Shown in pieces: positions 13,501-25,224 of a stretch of DNA of 64,000 bases. Under the pieces are notes generated by a model. The model did no database searches. It was not told the DNA's origin and worked only from the letters and a program-made list of their open reading frames with translations. The DNA lies in NCBI RefSeq assembly GCF_964355755.1, contig NC_092673.1, positions 28,827,648 to 28,891,647 on the forward strand. Reading direction: 5' to 3'. The DNA is from Antedon mediterranea. Lineage: Eukaryota > Animalia > Echinodermata. Both the position numbers and the translations under genes were made by a program. Positions within the stretch are counted from its first letter, which is position 1. Every line of letters begins with the position of its first letter.

Positions 13501-16500
13501 CTCCCTTCATGAAGCTAATATTGTGTAGACTCATCCATCCCTTAAATATTACCTAAAAAACATATATCAATATAGGAATGTAAACATCTTTTATACAGTC
13601 AACTCTCTCAATACTGGAAACTCTTCTAAAAACAACACTTTCTTGAGGTCTAAAATTTTGTTTACTGTTAAAAACACATATCTGAATTTCTTGAAAACCA
13701 GACATGTTAGGCTAAAAGCTCTTTCTACACTATCAAACTTTATGTGACAAAAAAATGTGATGTGCACATATATGGGCAGGATGATGTCATATCACTTCCA
13801 TATTTGGGCATATCCCAATTATTTTGATAGTGTAGACAGAGCTTAAGAGTTGCCCATCATTTGATTTGTTGATTGTTTATAAAACAATTTAGATTCAATC
13901 ACAAAACCAAACTAGATGAAACCTAAGACATTATTTCTATTCTTCTTTCCAAACAAAAACAAACAATTGGAACAAAAACTGGAAAAGAATAATTAAAAAA
14001 CATAACTTTGTGATGGTCATTTTTGGTTGTACACTTGGTTAAATGTCAATTTTAATGTTAAGAAAATATTAACCAAAAAAAAATAAATTTAATGTAACAA
14101 TACGATACAACAGGAAACACTATTTATCATATTTTAACTTACAATATCATGAACAACTTGTAAGTTTGTTGGATTCTTTTTGGGAAAAAAAACACAAGTC
14201 CATAATTGCAATAAAAAAGCAACCATACAACACTTGACAAAGTCTAATATAATTATCAAGAAACACCACCATCAGCTAGATAATGACGGTGATGACGATA
14301 TGATTCATTATTAATAACCGTTATTCAATTTGAAACGACTGCAAACTCAGTGGTCTAGCTGTATAACATAGACATACCGTAGACATAGATATACTTTACT
14401 GTCACATAATTATTATAAAATGTGAGACTCAGCTCCCCGTTACATTCGTAATAAAAACACCATATAAAAACAGGATAGAGCGGAGGTAGTACAGTACATG
14501 ACATTTTAAAACATTCTGTAATTGGCCATGGCTGTTGTATGTATAATTGAAATAAATAAAAAATTAAAAGTTAAAGGTCATTTCCACCCAAAAATGATTA
14601 AGGTCTGTTTAAAGTATTTTTTTAATCCGTGTCTATTTATAATTGTTATTTTATATATTCACTCATAAGCCAGAATTGGCGGGTCTTGTATGACAAAACT
14701 GTGATTAAATAAATAAATAAAATAAAATAAAAAAATAATCCTTACTTGATTGCCAACACTCTTCTTTTCGCCTGTTCTACGATTAGCTTTATTCTGGGCA
14801 CTATTCAAAACAAAAGTACATTGTTATCACCACAAAACAACATTCTCTAGTGAGTGAGATGGCGGGTTTTTAAGACAGTGGAACTTAATTAATTACATAA
14901 CATCGATAAGGTTTCGATGCTCCATGGTTCTGGTGGTAGAAGTCTTCTCGGATAAGGACTCTAAACTGTAGGTTCAGTGTACACATCTAGCTCATGTGCA
15001 CTTTAAAGAAACTAGTACATCTTTTGAGATGAGTAGGGGGTTACTCTGGTGTACTTGTACACACACAGCCACTGATCATATCTGGGCCCTCTGGAAGACC
15101 AGTCTTTGACTGAAGAGGTAGCCCAGTATAAATAAATAAATAATAACAAACTCTTAAACAGTACTATACAAAATTTATGTTTCTATTTCTTACTTGGCAA
15201 ATCCAATGAAGTCTTCGTTATTTGTGTTCATATACGCCAACTGAACGTTAAACAGAAGATGCACATGATCCTTAGTGCGCTGTTCACGCTCGCGTACATG
15301 CTGTGAGATTATTCGCTCTGTTTCTTCACGTAATCTTGGATACTGTGTCATCTGGAAAATAAAAATTTCAGAAAAAATAACAAGATTATGATAAATTAAA
15401 ATAGTTGTTTTCAATTATATGAGTCTGTGCCAATTGTAAATCTTTTTTGAAAAATTGTGTTGTATTTTTGTTTTCAATCTCTTCATATTTCCTCCTTTTC
15501 CGTAATGTTATCATCTGTTTATATATTACCATTTATTTTTTATACCTTTTCTCCACATTGTCTGATAATGTTGTTTAATTCTGAGATGACTAAATCGACA
15601 CATTTAAGAGCAGGCTCTTTCAATCTTGATATCTGCTTCTTTGTGATGGCTTCAAATGCCATGTCTGGAGTAAACAACCCAACTCTCACACCAAGAGCAT
15701 TCTTTATTGTGATACTGATCTCCCTTCTTAGTCTCCGCTCATCATATTCCATCTTCACAATCTCAAATGGAAATTGAACGTGGAATATTCGGTTGATCAT
15801 GGCACCGGAAGATAATTCTGATGTGTCAACTTTGTCACCAGACCCAACAAGAATTCTATCAAAGTTTTCACTAAACTGTTGTACCATCCTATATAACAAA
15901 AAAACCCATTATAAATATTTGTTTTCAATTGTTTGGAAGAAAGTCACAGGGAATCTCAAAGATAGTAAGTGTTTGAAACCATAAAGAATCAGTTGTCAGT
16001 TGTTATCTCATCTGCATCCAACAATGGAAATTCGCCAATTTTATAATTTATTGTGCTTATAATTAAAAGTCTAATTTGAGGCTAAGGGAGTGGAGTTGAA
16101 AGAGTTATGAGTTACAACCCTGGCACTAGGTTAGGATTGAACCCTGGATCTTGGGATTGAAAGGCAAGCATGTTTACTACCAATCTACATGTCCACTACA
16201 GTTAATAATATATTATTATGATACGCACAACGCAAGCCCGCCGTAAGTAATTTTACCAATCATAATTCATGATCATTTTGGCATTTTTTTTATTGGCCAA
16301 CTCACTTGTGTTGCACCTACATTGTTGTGTTGCATCCAAGTGTGATCAAGGCTTTAGTGACTTACATTAATAAAGCCTTTGTCTTTCTAGCAGGGTCGTC
16401 CGCACTAACATTCTTGTACTCTCCGACATCTTTCTCTAACAAGAGTAATTGGCCCTGGAGTTTGTTGCGAAGCTGAGGTATGGTGTCACATATATGGTTT

Positions 16501-19500
16501 GTTAGTTGCTGAAAAAAAATGTAAAAAATAAAGTAATGAAAAGGACCAAAATTCATTCATTTAAAGGTGAGCTTCTTTTACAGCTTTGTGAGAGGAATAC
16601 TTTTGAATCTTCAAAACTTGAAACCTATGCAGAAAAGTACTGAACTGAACCTTTTGAACTGTGTTCTTTTTAAAAATTAGTTGAGCTTACTCAAGTCTTT
16701 ATTCATATAAGTATGAAATATCTCTCATTTTCACTGCTGAGACGATCAAAGTATATTGAACGAAACGTCGAGAAACTAAACAGTTTATTTCAGAACTATA
16801 TATACGACGTGTACCGCAAACTTTATATCAACATTTGATTTCGCCATGCAAACCTTCTAATAATATATCACTTCATTAGGTATGTAACGTACCTGGTTCA
16901 AGACTTTCTGTAAATAAGAAGTTCCCATCTTGCTCGCCAAGTGTCTGTATGAATCATGGCTCAAGAAGAATTTTCTCTCAGCAGCTAAAGCTGCTTTGAT
17001 GTCTTTCCTGCCATCAATGTCTTTCTGACTTCTGTTCACAACACCAACATACCCTAAAAATAAACCAGAACATGTTGTACTTTTCCGATTATAAATTGCA
17101 TATTAGTACAGCGTATTTTATTAGTTGTTGTTCTGTATGTATGCACTGTTAGGTTTTGCTATTTGCTTGATATATGGAGTGCTTGCAACTGTACTGTAAC
17201 TACTAAGTGTGTGTTGGACTACTCATCACGAGATTGTGGGTTCGAATCCAACGCTTGTCACATTGCTTTTTTCCAAGACACTTTACGTATGTTTGCCTCT
17301 CTCCACTCAGGTGTACAAGACACAACTTTGCACTGATTACTAGCTGCATTATAGGAGTATGTTTCCATACGTGTCTGTTCCAAAAATGACCAGGGAAATA
17401 ATATGTACAGTTCTTAGAGGTTTTACAACATTAAGTGCTTTAAGAATCTTGACCTTAATATGATGTCATTACAGTTAGAGGGTTAAATTGGTACAAAAAA
17501 TACTACAACAGTGTACACTTTTGTACAGTGTGAGGTGTTTTGTATAAAAGATGTCATTCAGTTTATACCTCTTCGTAGTGGAAGCAGCCGATTTTCAAGA
17601 ATAGCTCTGGCATCTGTTCCATCATCCATTAAGTCCAACTTTGTTATCACACCAATGGTACGTGCTCCTGCAAATACATAAAGAATAGTCTGTTACACTT
17701 CTTCTACATGTTACTGTAATAACTTGGTGGTTATTATTAAATAGAATGTAAGACTCTTTCTGCCTTCTTTATTTCCTTGCCTGAACTAGAGTCTCGCCAG
17801 TGGCGGTTATACAATTACGCATATACGCCATGCTTACTATCATGGCAACCAGCTCATGTAGAAGTAAACAAATTAATATATGGATATCACACTTACAAAT
17901 ACATGTGTGTATTAATGATGAAAAATGTAAATAACGGAGGCTAAAAGAAAACGAATGAATGGATAGGTAAACAGAGGGAATGATGGATTATACAGTGAAA
18001 ACATTTGCAGTAAAAACATATAGTTTTTGAAAATGTTTGTCATTAATGTAAATCGTATCCTATAACCAGGAGTGAGAATAGTCTAAAGCTTAATATATTC
18101 TTCTTTAGAGTACTCCAAATGATTTATTTACTGATTTATTTTGTTGTTGCTTGTACATAGTTTTTAGTAAATTATAGTTACTAGATGGCACGCTCGCTTC
18201 GCTCGCGTACCATCTAGGTCGTGCCCACAGATGGTTCTCGAATACACAGTATTTCCAGCGAGAAAAAAATGGAGATTTCAAATGTACGTACCGCAGGACT
18301 ATAATACATTGTCGTTTACAGAAACGAATAAATATACACAATGATTTATGTAGTCAACCAAAATTAGCACCCTGGGAATTACTTCCGAGAGAGAAACAAA
18401 ATGAGTCAAATTTTTTTATTTGGACTCATTTAAACAAACCCAATTTGTATTTTGTATGTAACATTAAGGGTTGAGGGATGGGGGAAGAAGGTACAAAGAG
18501 GAAACATTTTAAAATATATTCTTATCCACTCAGTAACGAAATATTGTTTTTAATGTTTTATAGGCCTATAAATAATATACCACTAAATACAGTAAAACAT
18601 TTACGATTTAATACGGTACTTTGTTAAAACTCTCACTGTCATAGTCGATTGAAATAGTAAAGTACATGTAACGATACACCACTACGACGTTTATATATTT
18701 TTAAATTATTAATTAATACAAACGTTGAGAAGCAACTGTCAGTAATAACGTTTATTTATTTGTATATTATATGTTTATAATCTAACAGTAGGGCCTACCC
18801 ACACTCACAGTAATAAAGTTTATTTGTATATATTTTTATATTACATCTAACAGTACCAACACTCACAGTAAGAAATTTGCGATTCAAATTGCGATCAAAA
18901 GTGGTTAATACCTTAACAGTATTGTACAGCATTGCAATACTATTATGTTTATTCTCCAAGGGGGCCCATAAATCTAAATCTATACCTCTATGGTTAAACC
19001 AAATAATTTGGAATGTTTATTTGTATATTATATGTTTATAATTTAACAGTAGGGCCTACCCACACTCACAGTAATAAAGTTTATTTGTATATATTTTTAT
19101 ATTACATCTAACAGTACCAACACTCACAGTAAGAAATTTGCGATTCAAATTGCGATCAAAGGTGGTTAATACCTTAACAGTATTTTACAGCATTGCAATA
19201 CTATTTATGTTTATTCTCCAAGGGGGCCCATAAATCTAAATCTATACCTGTATGGTTAAACCAAATAATTTGGAATGTTCCATTCATCACAAATCAATAC
19301 ATTTGTAAAAACGTATATTAAATGTATCAAAATAGTATTTTTTAAAGAAAATCGGCCTGTCTTCAACATTATGATGCTGTACTCGAACTGTTCAACCAGT
19401 TTTCAGCTATTAAAAACAATTATCGTAGGAGGAGATAGGAAAATGCGAAGCCTCCTCGCATTTTTGTGGCGGGTATTTTTCAAGATGGACATCCATTAGA

Positions 19501-22021
19501 CAGTGTATACCACGATCGGAAAACACCCCTATTTGGGGCAAATCGTTGAACCTAAATTCGTTTTAATCGTCAATAACTAATTATCTAACTTAATTTAATT
19601 AGTAAACAGGGTTACATCAGGTGGTTAAAATCAGTACCGAAAGTACGAACCAACTTTATATACCATTGAGTAAAAATTCTAGAAGTAAGGCGCGATTTAC
19701 CGAATTTTGCCCTTACGTAAATTTATATATAGATTCAGGGTTTTTTTCTCATTATGTTCTGTTTGTTTCTTAGACTCCACCGCATATTTTAAGTGCCACA
19801 ATAAATAAATATTTGACGCTTACTCCATATTATTATAAATAAACGGTAACAAAAACCTTATATACAATAAATTAAAACAATTATAATACAAGAATACAGA
19901 CATCATTATACGTCAAATATTGCGACATATTCTTGGAATGAATCTTACCAGAAGGATCAACTTCCTTAGCAATCTTGAGGGCATCAGAGTTGGCAAGATC
20001 TTGATTAGCTGGTGACACAGCCAGGATCAATGTGTTTTCTTTTGTAATAAACTCCATGAGCATACTACGTATTTGCATCTCAATATCTACTGGTTGATCT
20101 CCAACTGGTACCTTGGTCATACCGGGTAAGTCAATCAACGTAAGATTCAAAACTGAAAAGAAATGTAATAATTTGACGTTATTAGGGAGCTTTCGATTTT
20201 GCGATGGCCTATGAGTATGACATCATATGAAGGTAATTAGACTTGCCCCAAGTCTGTATTTATGGCCTTTTTTATGTTAATCCACCAGTCGACGTTTAGA
20301 TTTTTGTCGGAAAATACAAGTTCAAGTAGTATACGTATGAACCTCCATATGTTCCAAAATATTTATCTTTTTACTAATATTAACTCAAAACTCAGTCTGG
20401 AACCCAGACTAGAAGGTATCTAGTTGTTTTACAGAGCTGGGTGACCACTTAAACATATAACATAATGCATAATTTACATAAGTCAAAGGTTATCATATAC
20501 TCAAAACCTTTCTGTTATTAACAGTGGGTGTATCAGATCAGGGACCCCTCAGGATGTAAATCTGCATTTGGGTGATTAATAGGGCTATCCCTTAAACCAT
20601 ACAAATGGCATTTTTGGTTTGTTTTTATCTGTATTTGTACTTGTATGGTATCTAAATAAATCAAATCAAATAGTTGCATTCGCTGTTTATATAAACAAAC
20701 AATATAAACAATTTGCATAATTTGCCTAATTTGCATACCATTAGGAGAGTAGACTCTCAAGTTGATTGGTGCATTTGAGATTCCTTTGTTAGAACCAGTG
20801 ACTCGGTCCGTTTCAGCTTCAATTTCTTTTCGAACTTCATCAAAATCCGCAAACTTTTTTCCTTTGCAATGTAAGAATTCTGCATACTCTGAAGTAAAAC
20901 AAGAAATGACCGATTGATTGTCAGCAGTACAGATCATTTATACTTCATGGTATGAATAACCAAGGGATGGTCGTAGTGGTAAAATAAATATGGACACTTA
21001 TAACAAGAAAAGTGTCCCCTTAATAGGAGTGTCCTCATAGGGGTGTCACCTGAATAGGGGTTATCCATGTACTCCTCCTCCTCAGTTATTCAGACATTCC
21101 AATCCTCCTGATTTGTCTGGGAGCTTACCAAAATGTCATGTTGGGGTTGGAATGTTTGGTCATTTCATTGGAAAGTGTGAATAGGGATGGAGAAAGGAGG
21201 GGTTTTAATGTACCTGCTTTATTGTACAGAAGCTGAAGAATCAATGGTCGTCTCGTTACAATTCCCGAGCCACGAGGTAGGAAGTCTCTGAAACAATAAT
21301 TATTGAATTGATGAAAATCAATTATACAAATGTCAGAATGTTTATAGGTGTAAATAATGGCATGAGGTGAATGATGATGCGATTCCAAAACTATTAGTAT
21401 AAAAAAAATATTTTCCAAATGTGGAAATAAAGTACTATTGAACAACCATTCAATAGTTCGTACTATTGCACGCCATTGACTCCCAATCGTCCAATCAAAT
21501 AACAGAAATTTATTTAGGTGTTGTATAATAATAATAATTACATATACTTTAGGTTTAGAGGTATATAGGCCTCTAATCAGGGAGGTATAACATTGTATAT
21601 AGTATTTATCTAGGCCTATATAAATAAAATAAAATTTGTTTATATATTATATAGGCCTAGGCTAGCCTAGCTAGGCCTAGGCTAATTTAAAATCTACCAG
21701 TACAACACAGGTAAAGAAACAAATTCACAGTTTCTAGGCCTAAAATACAATTTGTGTTGGTTTTAGTTACTCAATTTACAATAAACATCCTATCCCATAG
21801 GCTAGGCCTCCTCTCCATGTCAACTTTTGGAAAACCACACAGGCATAACGCAATCTTTACCTGCCGACGAAATTCTCCAACACACTACTTTTCCCAGCGC
21901 TTTGGCCTCCAACAACCGCAATTTGTGGCAAGTCAATAAACGATGACATTCCAACGGCAGAAAATGCATCGTGAAGTTTATTCACAATTGGAATTAGGTC
22001 TTCCATACCTCGGTTACCCAT
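10591..22021 (-). CDS. DNM: Classical dynamin (GTPase, middle, PH, GED, proline-rich domains), 816 aa, 17 coding exons
   Basis: Exons (-): 22021-21861, 21287-21214, 20888-20739, 20152-19949, 17667-17569, 17053-16893, 16508-16366, 15888-15546, 15351-15194, 14800-14746, 13552-13439, 13131-13022, 12840-12708, 12303-12160, 11522-11290, 11052-10933, 10639-10591 (2451 nt). Motifs: [28 protein letters not shown] (G1), DLPG (G3), TKLD (G4), PH domain [31 protein letters not shown], Pro/Arg-rich tail. Confidence 0.97.
11637..11952. repeat. 21-bp minisatellite (CCTTGTGGTACAGCCCTGGTA), about 15 copies
   Basis: Direct tandem units; explains the spurious PGLYHKV-repeat ORF at 11607-12038. Confidence 0.95.
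11955..12127 (-). mobile_element. tRNA-derived SINE head and body
   Basis: Minus strand reads GGTATCTGAGTGG (A-box-like) and CCCGGGTTCACTTCCCG (B-box/T-arm-like). Confidence 0.55.
14905..15145 (+). mobile_element. Deu/Nin-domain SINE; second inverted partial copy at about 50415-50555
   Basis: GGATAAGGACTCTAAACTGTAGGT...GCACTTTAAAGAA...GAGTAGGGGGTTACTCTGGTGT resembles the Deu/Nin core (recognised from memory); ends in a (TAAA)n tail. Confidence 0.65.
16076..16200 (-). mobile_element. tRNA-derived SINE family; further copies at 26103-26228 and 47491-47608
   Basis: Three similar copies. The minus strand of the 47.5-kb copy shows TAGCTTGGTGG (A box) and GGGTTCAGTCC (B box). Confidence 0.75.
16720..16857 (+). 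mobile_element. Penelope-like element terminal repeat with a degenerate hammerhead ribozyme motif
   Basis: CTGAGAC-GATCAA-AGTATA-TTGAAC-GAAACGTC-GAGA. The same sequence family recurs at 33160-33360. Confidence 0.55.
17225..17445 (+). mobile_element. SINE with tRNA head and CORE-like segment; related 3' part at about 10740-10905
   Basis: GGGTTCGAATCC B box and CAAGACACTTTAC...TTGCCTCTCTCCACTCAGGTGT. AGACACAACTTTGC...AAATGACC is shared with 10756-10835. Confidence 0.55.
18181..19733 (-). mobile_element. Non-autonomous Helitron (1.55 kb) with an internal tandem duplication of about 262 bp
   Basis: Minus strand begins A|TCTATATATAAA (19733) and ends GC-rich hairpin ...GCGAGCGAAGCGAGCGTGCCATCTAG|T (18181). 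TC...CTAG termini, AT insertion site, no TSD. Duplication 18755-19017 / 19017-19279. Confidence 0.8.
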
Positions 22022-22193
22022 CTTGATTGATGATTTAACTAAATCTAAACAGGGAGATGTAAAATAAATCTCCTATAAAAGTACGGTAGAGAAACTGCTG
22101 CACTGACACAGAGAGACAGGAAGTATGATGATTTATCAACAACAAAAACAAGTCAAACCCATAGAGGTGTTTGTATCGAGGATAGAGAGTAAA

Positions 22194-24864
22194 TAGTGGG
22201 GAACCTAATGTAATTCCGTGAGATTTTAATGCTCAAGTTGAGTTCTTGGCAGTTTTGGAATCCTTGGGACCAGCAGAATTCATTGCAACAGGGGGCCAAT
22301 TTTTCCCGACCCTATTTTGGCCGCCATCTTGGATTTCAAAATGGCCCCCATTTTTTACTCAAAACTGATAGTAGCTCCTATTTTAAACCACGTACGAACG
22401 TAATTTGTGTGATAAATCTTACAATATTATGATAAATCAGTCCAATGGTAAAATTTATAATCATAGCATATGGCAGCCATATTGAAATCCAAGATGGCCG
22501 CCATTAAAAACGTATATAATATATGCATTTTATAGTCAGGGTCCTCATGTATTTCCGTAGGATTTTAATGCCCAAAGTGAGATTTCACTTCTTTAATATG
22601 GTGGTAGGATACCAAAAATGCTAGGTAACCAATTTTCACGATCCCGTAACCATGGTAACAGCCCCAAGATCAAAATGGCTCCCAATTGGCCCTATCTCCG
22701 TATCCCTTTGGTCTATCAACAAGATATTGGTATCAAAATACTCGGAGCGTATATATTTATATTCATTGTAATAGAACATTTTGACGAAATGTAATAGGAA
22801 ATGCTATTTTTCTGCACTATTGACCTTTGACCTTGACTTGCATTGTATCTAAAAAACGACTGGTCATTGAAATTTAAAAATGGTCTCAAATTGCTGAGAC
22901 CATACATATTCATATTTATTGTAATGCAACATTTTGTTAGAAAATGACCGGAAGTAAAGTTATTGACCTTTGACCTTATAAACATGAACTTGATGTATAC
23001 AATAAGCATTTATCTATTTCAGAATGTATCGGTAATTATTTGTGGTAGGTATTAAACAATGGGTTTATACATATTATTATCATTTGAATATCTAATTTCT
23101 AATTCACATACTTAGTTTTTATATATTTTATAAATATTAATCAATACCATGCATTTATTGTGTCAGCATCCTCGTCCCATTCTTTCCATTAAGACAGTCA
23201 AAGGAGTGAGAGTGGTTGATTCTTAAACTTTGTACCTTGTTTTTCTTGAAACAATTTCATATATATAGGTTTCTCATACATTGAACTGCTATACATTATT
23301 ACGTGGTCGTAGATGATAATTTGATTGCTTCGTTCAGTTGCTTGATTAGACGTTCCTTGGGGTTGCTTCTTTGATGTTTCGATATAAGAAGTAATCTTCC
23401 AATGCTAACATTGACTGCCATTTTGTAGTTATATCACCAAGCCAAGGAATCATTTTAGATTAGATAGAGTGAGATTGTTAGAAGTGACCAAGAGGTTTTG
23501 GATGTTTACAGCATTTTATGTTCCCTTCAAGCTACTAAATGTGTTTAGTTTTATTTTTTTCAAGGAGTCCACAACCAGACTTTGCTCACAAACTTCAAAA
23601 AGCTTTAACTCTTTTTTTATCATCTCTGTTGAAGATATATTTCTTGACTTTATTTGAAATTATTACTAAGACAATGTTTAAAAAAAGTGTTGATTTTGTT
23701 ATGAATGTATTTTGATAAAATCTTGAAGGATTTGTGTGTTTTGTGTTAAAGAGTGAGTTCGATGGGAAATCCAGTTCGATTTCCTCATTTTGAGTAATGC
23801 CGCCAACAAGACCACCAACCCATTTCAACTATGTTCCTTCTGTTCTTCTAGAGCCTGGTCCGGGAAAAGAGAACTATTTAAATACAGATTTTTTTTCTTT
23901 ACATTCAAATTAATTACACTTCTTTTATTCTCTGTTACTTAGTCATCTACATCAAGCCAAGCTGGTTCATTATGTGAATTAGAAATTAGCTATTCAAATG
24001 ATAATAATATGTATAAATCCATTGTTTAATACCTACCACAAATAATTGCCGATTATTGTATACATCAAGTTCATGTTTATTAGGTCAAAGGTCAATAACT
24101 TTACTTCCGGTCATTTTCTAACAAAATGTTGCATTACAATAAATATAAATATGTATGGTCTCAGCAATTTGAGACCATTTTTAAATTTCAATGACCAGCC
24201 GTTTTTTAGATACAATGCAAGTCAAGGTCTAAGGTCAATAGTGCAGAAAAATACCATTTCCTATTACATTTCGTCAAAATGTTCCATTACAATGAATATA
24301 AATATATACGCTCCGAGTATTTTGATACCAATATCTTGTTCATAGACCAAAGGGATACGGAGATAGGGCCAATTGGGCGCCATTTTGATCTTGAGGCTGT
24401 TACCATGGTTACGGGATCGTGAAAATTGGTTACCTAGCATTTTTGGTTTCCTACCACCATATTAAAGAAGTGAAATCTCACTTTGGGCATTAAAATCCTA
24501 CGGAAATACACGAGGACCCTGACTATAAAATGCATACATTATATACGTTTTTAATGGCGGCCATCTTGGAATTCAATATGGCTGCCATATGCTATTATTA
24601 TAAATTGTACCATTGGACTGATTTATCATACTATTGTAAGATTTATCACACAAATTACGTTCGTACGTGGTTTAAAATAGGAGTTTTGAGTAAAAAATGG
24701 GGGCCATTTTGAAATCCAAGATGGCGGCCAAAATAGGGTCGGGAAAAATTGGCCCCCAGTTGCAATGAATTATGCTGGTCCCAAGGATTCCAAAACTGCC
24801 AAGAACTCAACTTGAGCATTAAAATCTCACGGAACTGATTTTTGGAACATTAGGTTCCCCACTA
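22194..24864. mobile_element. Non-autonomous long-TIR (foldback) DNA transposon, probably Academ-derived
   Basis: Near-identical inverted arms of about 900 bp (22194-23110 and 23971-24864), termini TAGTG...CACTA, AAA on both flanks (3-bp TSD). The spacer's minus strand has frameshifted peptides PDQALE...GGLVGGITQNE, LKKIKLNTFSS and NQPLSL, which resemble Academ-type transposase motifs as I recall them. Confidence 0.8.
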
Positions 24865-25224
24865 AAACTACTAACAGCAGTTTGTCGATCACACGACGAC
24901 GGTGTAGGACTGTGTGTGTACCGAAATGATTTATTAGGCCTAAAAAACTAGGTTATTTGGGCATTAAACACGACGACTGTGAGTATTAGCAAATAGTCCG
25001 CCAAATATATATTCTCATGATTGTGTGAAAATGACCTCCCATTTCATATCTCAGCTCTGAGATAGAAACGACAGTAGGGCTAGGCTAGTAATAATATCTA
25101 GCAGCTAGGCCTAGGACTAGGTAGCTTGACCGTGTTGAGGATGGACGTTGTCTCCCTTACACTTCACACTACACTAGGCCTAGCTAAATGATGGTGTATT
25201 TTTTTCTTTCAGTAAAACGTAATT

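Noticed and set aside
13553-14745. miR-199-type intronic miRNA or a micro-exon, as in vertebrate dynamins
   Set aside because: No miR-199 sequence seen by eye. The only micro-exon candidate (about 14143-14156) is 14 nt and not frame-preserving.
22716-24345. Pair of near-identical ~98-aa ORFs on opposite strands
   Set aside because: Mirror images within transposon TIR arms, with no protein-like features.
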